Assembly (NCBI GenBank): GCA_000002445.1 | Contig: CP000067.1 | Span: 1-64,000, forward strand | DNA length: 64,000 nucleotides | Reading direction: 5' to 3' | Origin: Trypanosoma brucei | Taxonomy: Eukaryota | Part shown: in pieces, positions 38,301 to 49,435 of the stretch | Numbering within the stretch: the stretch's first letter is position 1 | Layout of the letters: each line of letters begins with the position of its first letter | Notes under the pieces: model-generated | Database searches by the model: none | What the model saw: only the letters and a program-made list of their open reading frames with translations | What the model was told of the DNA's origin: nothing | Program-made: the position numbers and the translations under genes

Positions 38301-40556
38301 AACACAAACACAAACAAATAAACAACCAAACATTTTTAAATGTTGCTGTGAAACGGAAATTTAATCACGGAAAATTGTGGGGCGCACACGTAATGGGCAC
38401 CATGAATGCCTCTTTGAATATTCCTCAATGGATTTTCACCAGCATCATCAACTTACTTTTTGTGTAAAAAAATAATAGAAACAAGACAGAACAGAAAAAA
38501 GAAATAAAGGTACAAATGCATTAATAAACCCAACTCCTCAGCAGGAAATCAAGAACAGGAAGTCACGAAAAGCGTATGGCACATATGATTTTCACCTCTC
38601 AGTTACTTAAGGTGGATCGCATGATTTACCCACCTTCTAAGAACACACCCTCCGAGAGGCCCGATTAAAAGAAAAAAAAACGCTATGACGGTTGAAAAGA
38701 CGTTTTTCATAAACCTTCACTTTATACGTGAGGATGCATAAATAAACAGTGATAACGATGAGAATGCTAACGGAAACAATGACGAACCGTGAGGATTCTA
38801 GAAAAAAAACACATACTTTTACATTAAGGAAACTTAATAAACAACAAAATATAAATATTCCCTACACAGAGGTATAGGGGGTGTTCGCCAACTTTGCAAC
38901 GTTGGCCAAAAAGTATTTAAATGTATCGATCATTCGTGTAGTCAATCAAATAAGAAGTAACATGTACTACACGCACAAAAGCACACTTATAAAGCCTACA
39001 AACCCACTTGCCCCCTTTTAGAGAATACCACTCTCTCGTCAGTGATAAGAGAGGTGATATTAAAAGTATTCCCTTTATAATTATTTCTGGTTCCTCAATT
39101 CGTTGCAACATAACATAACATGCAAAGATGTCGCATCAGGCAGCGGGGCCACCAGCAATAGCGTTTGGTTCATCCTGGGTGATCTCCTTAACAATATCCT
39201 TTTCCATCTTCACTTGAAACTGGTTGATTCTATTCCACAACTCTGTAGTATAATCGCCTCTGCCCCCAACTGGTTCGCACTTCTGCCTCTCCTCGATTGG
39301 CTTGCTGTCACTGTACTGTATGTAAATCAGCTCCCATTTCAAGTTTATTGCGAGCTCATCCCATTCACCAAACAATTGTTTCATTGCCTTGATAAACTTA
39401 TCTACCTTCGTTCGTGTCGTGTGATGCGTTGGTGCCACTGTCGTCTGGAGCAGAACAATTGTTGTTGTAATGATCGCTCTTCCTTCTGTATCAACAGCTG
39501 GCTCAGTTACAAAGAAAAAGGCGTCCACAACGGGGAAATTTCCCTGTGCAGGTCGGTAGAAGCACCCGACCTCGATGTCTTGGCCTGTCGTTTCGGGGTA
39601 AATATGACGAAGTGAAGTTGGAACACGTCCCACGGCATTACCACTTGCCAGAACGGATACATTTGAATCCATTTCTTCTCCAACGCGAGGGAGATACCGC
39701 AGGTGCGTCACAATCGTCTGCACAACATTTCCCATCGTGAAGGCATATACGCCCACATTTTCAAATTCATCAGCGGCCTGCTCTTTTTTCCCACGAAAAC
39801 CCTTTCGAAGGTAATTGTCTCGCATACATGCTGTGTCCGCCCACACTCTCAATTTCTGCTCAATATCAATGGAAACAGCTCTGTTTCTGCATTCTTCTCC
39901 ATTCTCAGTTACAACCCGGACCAATTTAGCCAACCTGTATGTAGTCCCGTCCTCGCGCCATTCAACTTGACCATTCAGCACCTGCATATAGTAACCATCA
40001 TCGCCTCTACTGATTTCTGCCAGTGCCTCATTTATTTCTCTAACGCGGCCCTTGTAGCGTTCGTCACCTTCCAGTACGTGGCGGGCAGTGGGCCCACCTT
40101 CTTAATCCATCCTTATATTTTCTGCCATTCATTCTCAAGGTTTATGATGTGAGCTTCGGTGATTTTACTTTCCTCCAACTTCGACAGCCGCCTCCACGCA
40201 ACCGCAGCCTTCAGTTCCACCTCTTCATAGCAATTGATGCAAAGGAACTCGCAACCCCGTGGTTCCTTCCACTCTTTGTAGTTATTTGGATCTGGAGATG
40301 TCAACACAATTACGGGCCACGTTTCCGGCAAGTCTGCGGGTATGGGTTGGTGCCTGTCTTTCGAAAAGTCGTATATAATATAACCAAGAAGCCATTCGTC
40401 AGCCAAGGCATTGACAGCATCCACTCCATCATTTTCTTTTTCATAGAATACAACCCTTCCCGGATGATCGTTTGTCGCCATGAAGAAAATATATGCCCTA
40501 CCCTTCACAAAATAAGCGATAATCCGCAACAGCTCCGAATCGTAATGCAGCAACCC

Positions 40557-40567
40557 TTGGAGCAGGA
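40557..40567. repeat. Target-site duplication TTGGAGCAGGA (left copy) of RIME #2
   Basis: The identical 11-mer is at 41078..41088. Confidence 0.8.
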
Positions 40568-41077
40568 TTTTTTTTTAGAATTTTCTTCGTGCCTTCGTGA
40601 GAGTTTCCCCCCACTGGCGCGGCCATCAGCCATCACCGTAGAGCCCTGAGATGCTATCGGTCTGGCGACTGTGGCAGAGTCTCCCTTTTTTATTCATCCT
40701 AACACACCCTCTATAATTTTTGTTGTATTTCCGCATATGAACGGAATACAGCAGATGGGGCGAGAAGCCTCCCACCCTGGACTCTCCCAAAGATGCCAAT
40801 TGGCAATCCTTTTTTGGAGGTCCACATCACCGGACAGCAGCATCTTAGTGCGGATGATACTGCTGATGGCACGCTGGCACGTGCCCAGGGACCGACAAAT
40901 GAAAAACGGTGTCCCAGCAAGACGCTGCTGATCCCTGTGCTGTATGATGCCGTAGCCGGAGCACAGCAGTGTTCCCCATGAAAGGAACGCTGCTGGCTCT
41001 TGGCTTCCCCCGATGATACGGGGTACTGGACCCTGGCACCACGTTGAGGTGGCCGGCATCGCCAGGGTTGGAGCAGG
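40568..41077 (-). mobile_element. RIME: RIME retroposon, full length (body about 501 bp plus 9 nt poly(A) at 40568..40576)
   Basis: About 97% identical to RIME #1 along its whole length. It ends with the same CCCTGGCGATGCCGGCCACCTCAACGTGG 5' 79-mer (reverse complement at 41049..41077). It is flanked by an 11 bp direct repeat. Confidence 0.85.
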
Positions 41078-41088
41078 AACGAGCCAAC
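41078..41088. repeat. Target-site duplication TTGGAGCAGGA (right copy) of RIME #2
   Basis: Identical to 40557..40567. Confidence 0.8.
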
Positions 41089-43158
41089 ACCAACTGATTT
41101 CCCAATACCTGCAGTGCCGACGAGGACGCAAGGAATCTGTTTTTCGATCAGCCCTGACTCCAGCCACAAATCCAGCCTCTGCTTCACAAGATACCACACT
41201 CTCATTACCTCTCGACGAATGTACACATCCAGGTCAAACACGTAGTCTCCTGGTTTTTCCGCATCCTCTTGAATTACACTTCGCGGAATGCGGAAACGAT
41301 GATATGGCCAACCCTTCTGTGAGGTGAGCACAGCAATCTCTAAATTACCACGTCAAGGCAGTGGGTCGCACAAATCGTAAGGCGTTTTACTGACATTCAC
41401 CTCCTCTTCTGTCCACAGCTCAGGCTCGCCGTCACAATTACCCACCACCTTCAGGCCAAGAGGTAAATCATTGTGACCCGACTCCACATAACCCCACGTC
41501 GCGCTATAAATGGAGTCGTATACTCCTTTCAGTTCGGCACCACCAGCTGTTTGAGCAGCTCCTCCCAATGCTTCATCGAGTGCATTATTCAACATGTTAG
41601 TGACAATAATTCAAGTCTGCTCTCCATTTCTCAGTCCACGAATATTCACCTGTAACCTGGCCTTTACTTCCTCATTTGCTTGTTTCCAGCGCACGAGATT
41701 CAATATTCCCTCATTCTCATAAAAACCATAGACGCTGACAAAACGTTTGTACACTTGATACTCTGTTGTCGCGAATATTCGATTGAGCGCATTAACGTCA
41801 TTAATATACTCTTCACATCGTTGTACAAACACAGATATTGATACATTATTTTCTTCTTTCACATTGTATCTTGTGCCAAAATTACTTCTCAAAAAATCAT
41901 TCAACATCACATTTCCAGGATGTGGCAGACCATTCAGCAAAACTGCTTCAATGCAGCTGAAAAGTCTCCATTGTGGTTGGTTGTTATTCTCCACTCGTTG
42001 CTGCACTGCTGGAGGTTCCGCATCGTTACGCGCAGCCTCCTCACGCTCTCGTCTCCTTCCCTCAATGTCACCCCTTCCTTCAATAGGAACCTGTTGATTC
42101 ATTTCACTCTCTGAATAATAATCTTAACTGAGTGCGTTGTGTTATTTCCTTTCTTTGTAATATAAATAAAGAATTAAGATGAGGGAATTTAAAATGGACA
42201 CACTTCTAAACCAAATCAAATATACAATCAATGAATATTAGGAATTAATATGGCAGGTGGAAACTATTTATTGAAATTAGGATTCAATACAAATCTTATC
42301 ATGTGTTGGGGCGCCACAGCAACTTAAGCACAGATAAGGTATGACAGTATGAATAAACATTTCTGTTGAGAGGAAAACTCAAACAACAATTCCCAGTTAC
42401 TTCACACCATCATTCCAAAAAAAATAATATACTTATATATATGTATGTATGGAAAAGCAAAAAATAAATAAATGTGGCATTGCCATGAAAAAAAAACAGT
42501 TTCACACGTGTGGTCCAAAAGCTGCATCAGCCAATACGATATCTTGACAGCTTGTCATGCAGTCTTGTCTCAAGAAGAAAATAAAACATTCATCTCTGCT
42601 TTCCGTTAATTGATAAATGAGATCCCATGCTGTGTTAACTCACGTCTCCATTCAAATAGTTGACTCAACGTTGTGACGAAGCAGTGACCAAAAACAATCC
42701 AAATGCAATTCCAAATTTCTTCATATTACGCTTTCAGTTTTATTACACATTTCCCCAACCATTCCGAGTACTAACAGGAATAATTTGGTTCTATCCTAAT
42801 GCATGTGCTTTCTACAGCTCTTTCATTTTGTTATGATCCGCACAAAAATTATATATGTGGTTGTTGATTCGTCCTGTCAATCAAAGTAACAATCATAATA
42901 ATTAATTTTCCCCTTTTCTTCATTTTTTCTATTAGCACATGTGCACCTTGGTGAGATCACTTTCACTCATTTGCACTGATTGGTCAACACCATTTAGTTC
43001 GTCATTCAACACACTCCCTTACATGTCCTCTTCTCACCATTTATAACCCACACGAGCAGCATCAAATATAAATTGTGAAGAGGTATGAGATCACAAGAAC
43101 TCGCTCTCATTGAGAAGGTTGGATGCGTCATATATATATATAATCATGTAATCCCTTT

Positions 43159-44933
43159 TCATTTCAACAATACGCAAACCTCAACTGCGGAATCGACTTT
43201 GAATGAGTTGACCTCGTCAGCATGAAACGGAGTCCGCCCAGTGGCATGAACATTAATCTTATCAGTAAACATGTGTTTGAGGTGTTGGTAATAAATGGGG
43301 TCAAAGAAAACATAAGTGCGTATCATCTTCCCCGTTATGCCCGAGTGGAAAATATGCATCATCTCCTTGAAGATAATTGTATCCATGTTGTATCAATTCC
43401 TCATCCAGCTCCTCATCCTTATCGGTACCCAAAGGCATTGCCATCGCCGACTTTTTTCATGAATGCACTCACGCCTTTGAGCTAACAAGTTCCAGCAACT
43501 TTCCATCTGTCATACGGCTCGGGAATCCATGAGAATTTATGATCATATCTGTGCAAATGCCTTTACTCATTGAAGGGCATGTTAATACACCATCAATCAT
43601 GAGACCCACTACTCCCTCAAGCCAGTGCCGTGAGGAAAACTTATTTCAGAGCTCGTGATCGCGAACTTCTCTCGTAGAAACTTTAACTTTATTGTTCTAC
43701 ATTCATTGATATATCCGAGTCACTGGAAGGTGAGAGATGACCACATTTGGTCCACAACAGCAGGCTGAGGGTATTTATTATATTCAAGAAAATTAGGTAT
43801 TGGTTCCTTGAAAGGCACGGGAGTTTATTTGTTTACAAAAATATCAAACTGACGAATAACCGCACCTTTACTACTGGCAATACCATCACTATTAAAGGCA
43901 CTGTGTCTCGCAACATTTCAATCTGTTGGAAGAATTATATCATACTCACCGTTGGGAAGTCTTTCCAGTTCCATCTCATGCTTACAAAAAACAACACACC
44001 ACCCATAGCCACAATTGAGCGAACTGCGGTTGTGTACACCTTTGAGTCTTCAATATTGTAACCTCTATAGCTCATAACGCATACCATCGTATTAATTCCT
44101 GCACCTGATATTTCGTAGTTGCTTAGGTTCATAGCCTTCGTCCAGCAAAGGGATCGTTGAGAGTAAGCACTCAACATAAGTACTGTGTCCATTTCTAATG
44201 TACTGAATATACGCAATGGTTCCAACAGCTTGCTTGCCCATGGCTGACTGTAATGTGTTTTGTGCAAATTGATTGTGATGTGTAAAGGAGAATAATGCTA
44301 GCGACAACTCCAAGTGAGTCTCGTGTACTGCTCAATGTCTCTATGGTGAACTGCTAAAAGATAGTCATTCGCTTCGTCATATAAGTCAATGAATTCCACA
44401 ACAAACCTTCAGCTAAAATATCGTTAATCGATCACTTGCTTGAACTCAAGTTATCCAGATGTTAAGAAATTACAGCGTGTTTCCCATCGCCAACGACAAC
44501 ATACAATCTCACGATCCTTCCGCCAACACAAACAATTTGAACACTATTCTGACGGTCATTTATCACAATAGAAACATGTGGATGCAAGTGGCCTGACCTC
44601 CTCAGGGTTCGTAATACATCCCGACACAAACGGCTCATGTACCGGTAAACGCACATCAGCACTTCATTGGGGAAAACTGTGTAGTATTTAAGAAATTCGT
44701 TGTGGCTGATATAATCTATTTCCTCCACTTCAATATTGTACGCATCCGCGTGTAAAAAAAAACGAATTATCCATGTCGAGTGTTACCTGACTAAGAATAG
44801 CAAAATTATTAACCAAACAGCAACAACTTTCACCCTCTGGGGTATCGCAAGGAGGGACATACACCATTCCCCCATTGACTTGAATAGAGAAATAAGTTCG
44901 CACATGTGGGTCAATACACGAGGTCATGACCAC
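43159..44933 (-). pseudogene. Degenerate fragment of an RNA polymerase second-largest subunit (RPB2/RPA2/RPC2 family) gene, roughly yeast RPB2 residues 640-1030, spread over at least 4 frames
   Basis: Minus-strand ORFs carry universal RPB2 motifs in the correct N-to-C order. 44462..44728 has ...LRTLRRSGHLHPHVSIVINDRQNSVQIVCVGGRIVRLYVVVGDG (cf. [44 protein letters not shown]). 44092..44313 has HNQFAQNTLQSAMGKQAVG (cf. HNQSPRNTYQSAMGKQAMG). 43935..44267 has VCVMSYRGYNIEDS (cf. IACYSGYNQEDS). 43159..43386 has ITGKMIRTYVFFDPIYYQHLKHMFTDKINVHATGRTP (cf. [25 protein letters not shown]). Which polymerase class is not determinable by eye. Confidence 0.6.
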
Positions 44934-46047
44934 TCCACTGCTGCCGTTACATATGATTACTGCATGGTTTTCGTATCAATGTTGATGATGATATGGGATT
45001 TGCTGCTGGAGGCAACCAACAACATAAGTTTAAGGTTCCCACGTGTGGAGAGAGGCCCAACTGCCAACCCTCAACCAGGAGAACAGAAGTGATTATAAGG
45101 AAAGAGAAGACAACATATCATAGCATGTTTACCCACCGACAAATAATTGAAGAAAGAAAGAGAGAGGAAAATGGACACAATCAGGTCACCAGCTGCGTGT
45201 CTGCGAAGAACACCATCAAGAGCTGCTCCATAACTCTAATCATAACTAACATGTATAATATAATTATAACAGCTCGTATATAAAAGAGCACATCCAGTAA
45301 CTGCTTCTAATGTTTGCATATTTCACTCCGTCACAATTTTTCTCCCATGACACCTACTGGAAATACAACTCAGAGGAGTTATAGTTGAGGCATGTTTCCA
45401 ATGCGCCCTCTCTACCACGGATGGCGAAGAAGCAAAAAGTACTATTACATTTTTGTTCCTTTTATCATTGGCCTATAGATTCCTATCTCTACACGGATGT
45501 AAAATTTAAATTGTATAAATGAAAAGAAGATGTGAAGAGTTAGTTTAGTATAATCCAATTCTTTAGTTAGTAACAGCACAAATGAAAACAAAACGTTACA
45601 ATGTTTTCTTACGCCCGTTGATAACATTATATCTGTCTTTCTTTGTGCCCCTTAAGATTACGATGTGGCTTAACTCCAGTTATGCGTTAGCCTATAAAAT
45701 ACTGCACTCCTTCTACTTCCTTCACTACGTTGTCGTCTCGCCACGTTTCCTTGGAACCTTCATTACATTCATACCATGGCGTCCTTGCTGCACCCGAAAA
45801 AAAAAAGCAGCCACACCTCCTTGCCCGCTGTGAGGTTACTGAATATACTTCGGACGTCACTGATTATGTGCACCTCTGTGCTACTCTTGTTTTGACAGCA
45901 GTCCGCTGAACTTGGTTTCCTTTCAGACTGCCGCACCCCAAGCGCTGCCCACTGCTGAGGAAATTGAACCGCATGTATTCACCGTGGTCGTACCTGCATT
46001 TGTTGCGTGTCAAACAACAGCGACTGGCCTTACTCCAGCTATTGGGT

Positions 46048-48337
46048 TCACCTTCGCTTTGCTTTCATCGCTCGCCTCCCCTGTGCCTTTTCTGCCTCCT
46101 GAAGATCTACCATCAGATGAGCATTCATTTCGTCCCCAAACGTTACTTGGAATTGTTCAATCATTTCCCAAAATGTTTGAAGTTGTTTCGCCTTCCTGGC
46201 AGGGATAACTTTGTCGTCGTTCGCCTCACATTTTTGCCAATTGGTAATCACACCGCCATTAACTCCATTCATGTATATCATCTCCCAAGCCATGTTACCC
46301 GAAAACGTGTTCCAGTCCGAAAAATATCCTTTAATTCTCTCCGTGAACGCATTCAACTTTGTCGCAGTGGTGGAGTGACAGTCCGACTTGGTCACGTGTA
46401 AAAGGACAAGTGTCTTTGGTTTTGGCGTTTTTTTCGCTTGCCTTCCAGGTGACATCGTGAAGCGCCCCTCAACGAAAAAAAAGCCATCCACCAAGGGTTC
46501 ATAGGCTGTGGCGGGAGTGTAGAGCACCATGTATTCGCAGCGTTCAATTGGGTTCTGCCTGGCTGCTGGTAAGACTTCCCATCCAGTGAGGCACAACTGC
46601 TGAGGAGTCATGCTACTCAGTATACTTTGTGTTCCCCTCAGCTTCTCAGGCGGATGGAGGTGTCTCAAGTTCTTTGCCATCATCTCGAGAACTCGAGGAT
46701 TGAGCACCGCAAACAACGCATGGCTTTCAAATGAAATGAAAGCGGCACTTCTGTTTCTCATCATGAGCTGGGACTCTGCTACTTTTCGCGCAGTAAAGCC
46801 AAGCACCGCCCAAAGTAGCAAGGTCCTTATGTGCCCGGAAAGCTCTTTGCTGCGATATGAATCTCCGGAAACTCCATTTCCACGCGAACGGACTATCTGT
46901 ACCATCTGGTACGACACCTTTTCAGTTTGCCAGTTCATTGATGACCTAAAAAGATCCTCGCAGCCATTTTTATCATTAGCATCGAGGCCTCTTATTTTTT
47001 TTGCCACCGCCTCCATTCGCCCTCCGTGCCCCACAGCGTCGTAAACGGCACGAGGCACCGGGCCGGCCACTGCAATACGCTGCTTTACAGTTTCCCATTC
47101 GTCCTCAAGATCTCCTTTTAACTTTTCTTTTGCTGTGTTGGATACCTTTTTACCTAATGCTACTGATAAATTCTTCCATGCCACAAATGCCTTCATGTCA
47201 CCCACATCATCGTAGTTTATAATAATATGGCGGCTTCCCATGTCCTTTTCCCACTCCTCATAATGTGCCGTATCCGGGGAAGTGAGGACAGTTATACCCC
47301 AACCCAAATGGCACAGCTCATCAGGCGGTATAAGTAGTTCGTTACCGATGTCGACAATGATGTGACCTCTTTTTTTTCTTATTGTTTTTATGAAGGTAAC
47401 GGCGGAATCGGTGCTTCTGTCTTCCTCAACCCTCCCCTCTTCTCCGGGTTTCTTGTTATGTATTAGGTAAGCGATTTTTCCCACGAAATATGCAACAACA
47501 TCAAGCATTCCTTCATTGAAGTGAAGCAGTGAATGAAGCAAAAATGATCCAAGGCCACATGTTTTACCAATACCAGGTGTACCAATAACAATATGTATCG
47601 GTGGTCTCTGTGCTTTTTCCACCCACCTTCCTTGCAGCCCTCGTTGAATTATATACCACACGCGCATAATTTCACGACGGATGTATACATGTTTAAGTTT
47701 TTCCCCGCACCTCTCAGTGTGGCCCAATGCAAACCTGTTGTATGGCCAACCTTTCTCCGAAGTGAGAACAAAAATCTCCAAACCATCAGGCCTCTCCTCA
47801 ATATCTGCATCGACATTCGTAGGATCAGGAGTTACATCCACCTCCTCCTTCGTCCACATGCGCGGTGGTCTTCCATCAAACACTTTCATTCCAAGTGGCT
47901 CCGCATCATAACCCGACATCACATAACTCCATTTTGCATTATAAATGGAATCGTATAATTTCTCTTTGAGAGACTTGCCCTCTCCGGTTTCTGATGGGTT
48001 CTCGTTTTTCCGCTCTCTTGGCGGCTATCACTGCAGCATCCAACATTCCCCTCGCCACGGGACCAACAAATTCCCTTATTTGCGCTGTTGCCCTCTCTTC
48101 CCATTGCTGTATGTCGCTAATCTCATTACGAGGCAGATAAATAACTGCCCTCAGTAATTGAAACTCCTCAAGCCGCTGTATTCTTCCTAGAATCCTGGCA
48201 TCTAAAATAAATCTTTTGTGATTCTTAACAAGCAAAAACATGGCTACATTCTGTGTGTCATACGTGTTTGAGAAGTATTGATCCAAAAAGTCATGCAGTT
48301 TTATTTCATCCAAACTCGCATAATCTTCCAGCAGCAC
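46048..48337 (-). pseudogene. RHS: Chimeric RHS pseudogene: N-terminally truncated type-A leader, a type-B leader segment, then a type-D core, with a frameshift at the junction
   Basis: ORF 47939..48337 ends ...VGPVARGMLDAAVIAAKRAEKRE (type A, cf. 4120..4160). It then switches frame at about 48000 into NENPSETGEGKSLKEKLYDSIYNAKWSYVMSGYDAEPLG (type-B leader, cf. 51310..51370), and continues as ORF 46048..47922 with P-loop IGTPGIGKTCG. Confidence 0.8.
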
Positions 48338-49435
48338 ATTCGCAATAGAGCTGTTAATTGACCAAGTTGACCCTTTTTCGCCTCCACGCAGTCAATTCAA
48401 AAAATATATTGCCGCATGCAACCTATTACTATGGAAACGCCTTATTGAATTCCACACTTCTGAAAACTTGCCCCCTGATTCTTCACAAGCTTGCGATAAA
48501 AGCATAAACAAAAATAGAATCAGAAACAGAGACAGAGACAGTTTACACTGTAGGAAAGGACATCACAGTGAGTCACTCATTCTAGGAAGATAATCACAAA
48601 AGCGAACACCAACAAAAAGACAGCTCAGCGCCATAAAGCAGAACCTACTTACTACTAATAAGGAGTTGTGCCCCTTCCCTGCCAGTAAAGACACAACATT
48701 CCCCAACAAACACAGTGGAAGATCACAAGACTTATGACCCCTCCATACTAACCTAAACAAGACATCGTGAATCACAATTGCATGCAATGCGCTAAGAACC
48801 CAAAACGGTTCCACACATTTGCCTCTGAAGATCCCTACTCAATCGCACCCCTACGCGGGAATCAATATTCTGCCTGTCACAAAATAACACAGCGGACGGC
48901 AGAGGGAAAGGGGGAAAATAAAGAAAGCCACCACAACACATAAGGATTTTAATGGGAACTTAAAGGAAACCTTCTAGATGAGAATGCTAACACCCATACC
49001 ACAACAGTGCTCACAATCCTCTTGTATATCAGTGTTTAATTAGTTTTTCACAAAATGATTTGATAATCGTAACGATTCAAGGAATAAAAAAATGTAAATG
49101 ATAAGACACGACGCAACAAGCTGCCACATTGCCATTAATGGATGTATGTAATACCATTGTTACTATCCATTTCATTGTGACAACACACGCAAAATACAAT
49201 CGATACCACGGATTTCGTACGCCTTCCGTCGTGCGGTGAATCGCAGAGTGGATGTAAACAGTTGCGAAAGGATTACACCAACGCAACCGTAAGTTCGTTA
49301 CGCTACCAGGAGCCTGTCCAGGATATACGATGAGTGAACTTCATTACTCCAACACAAAATGTGACGCCTCCTCTTGCCCTTTCATTCGTTCTTCACAGTG
49401 CTTACTTAATTGTTGGCTTGCTCGAGGTTCGCCAA

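Larger units (their letters stand above)
39136..42102 (-). pseudogene. RHS: RHS pseudogene from a different subfamily (N-terminus MNQQVPIEGRGD...), disrupted by a RIME plus in-frame stops and frameshifts
   Basis: Pieces 41611..42102, 41353..41595 and 40711..41331 share one frame but are separated by stop codons. The P-loop VGTAGIGKSVGVGSFLLQ is followed by the RIME, then GLLHYDSELLRIIAYFVKGRAYIFF (40113..40553), then C-terminal pieces in other frames (39136..39987). Confidence 0.8.
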
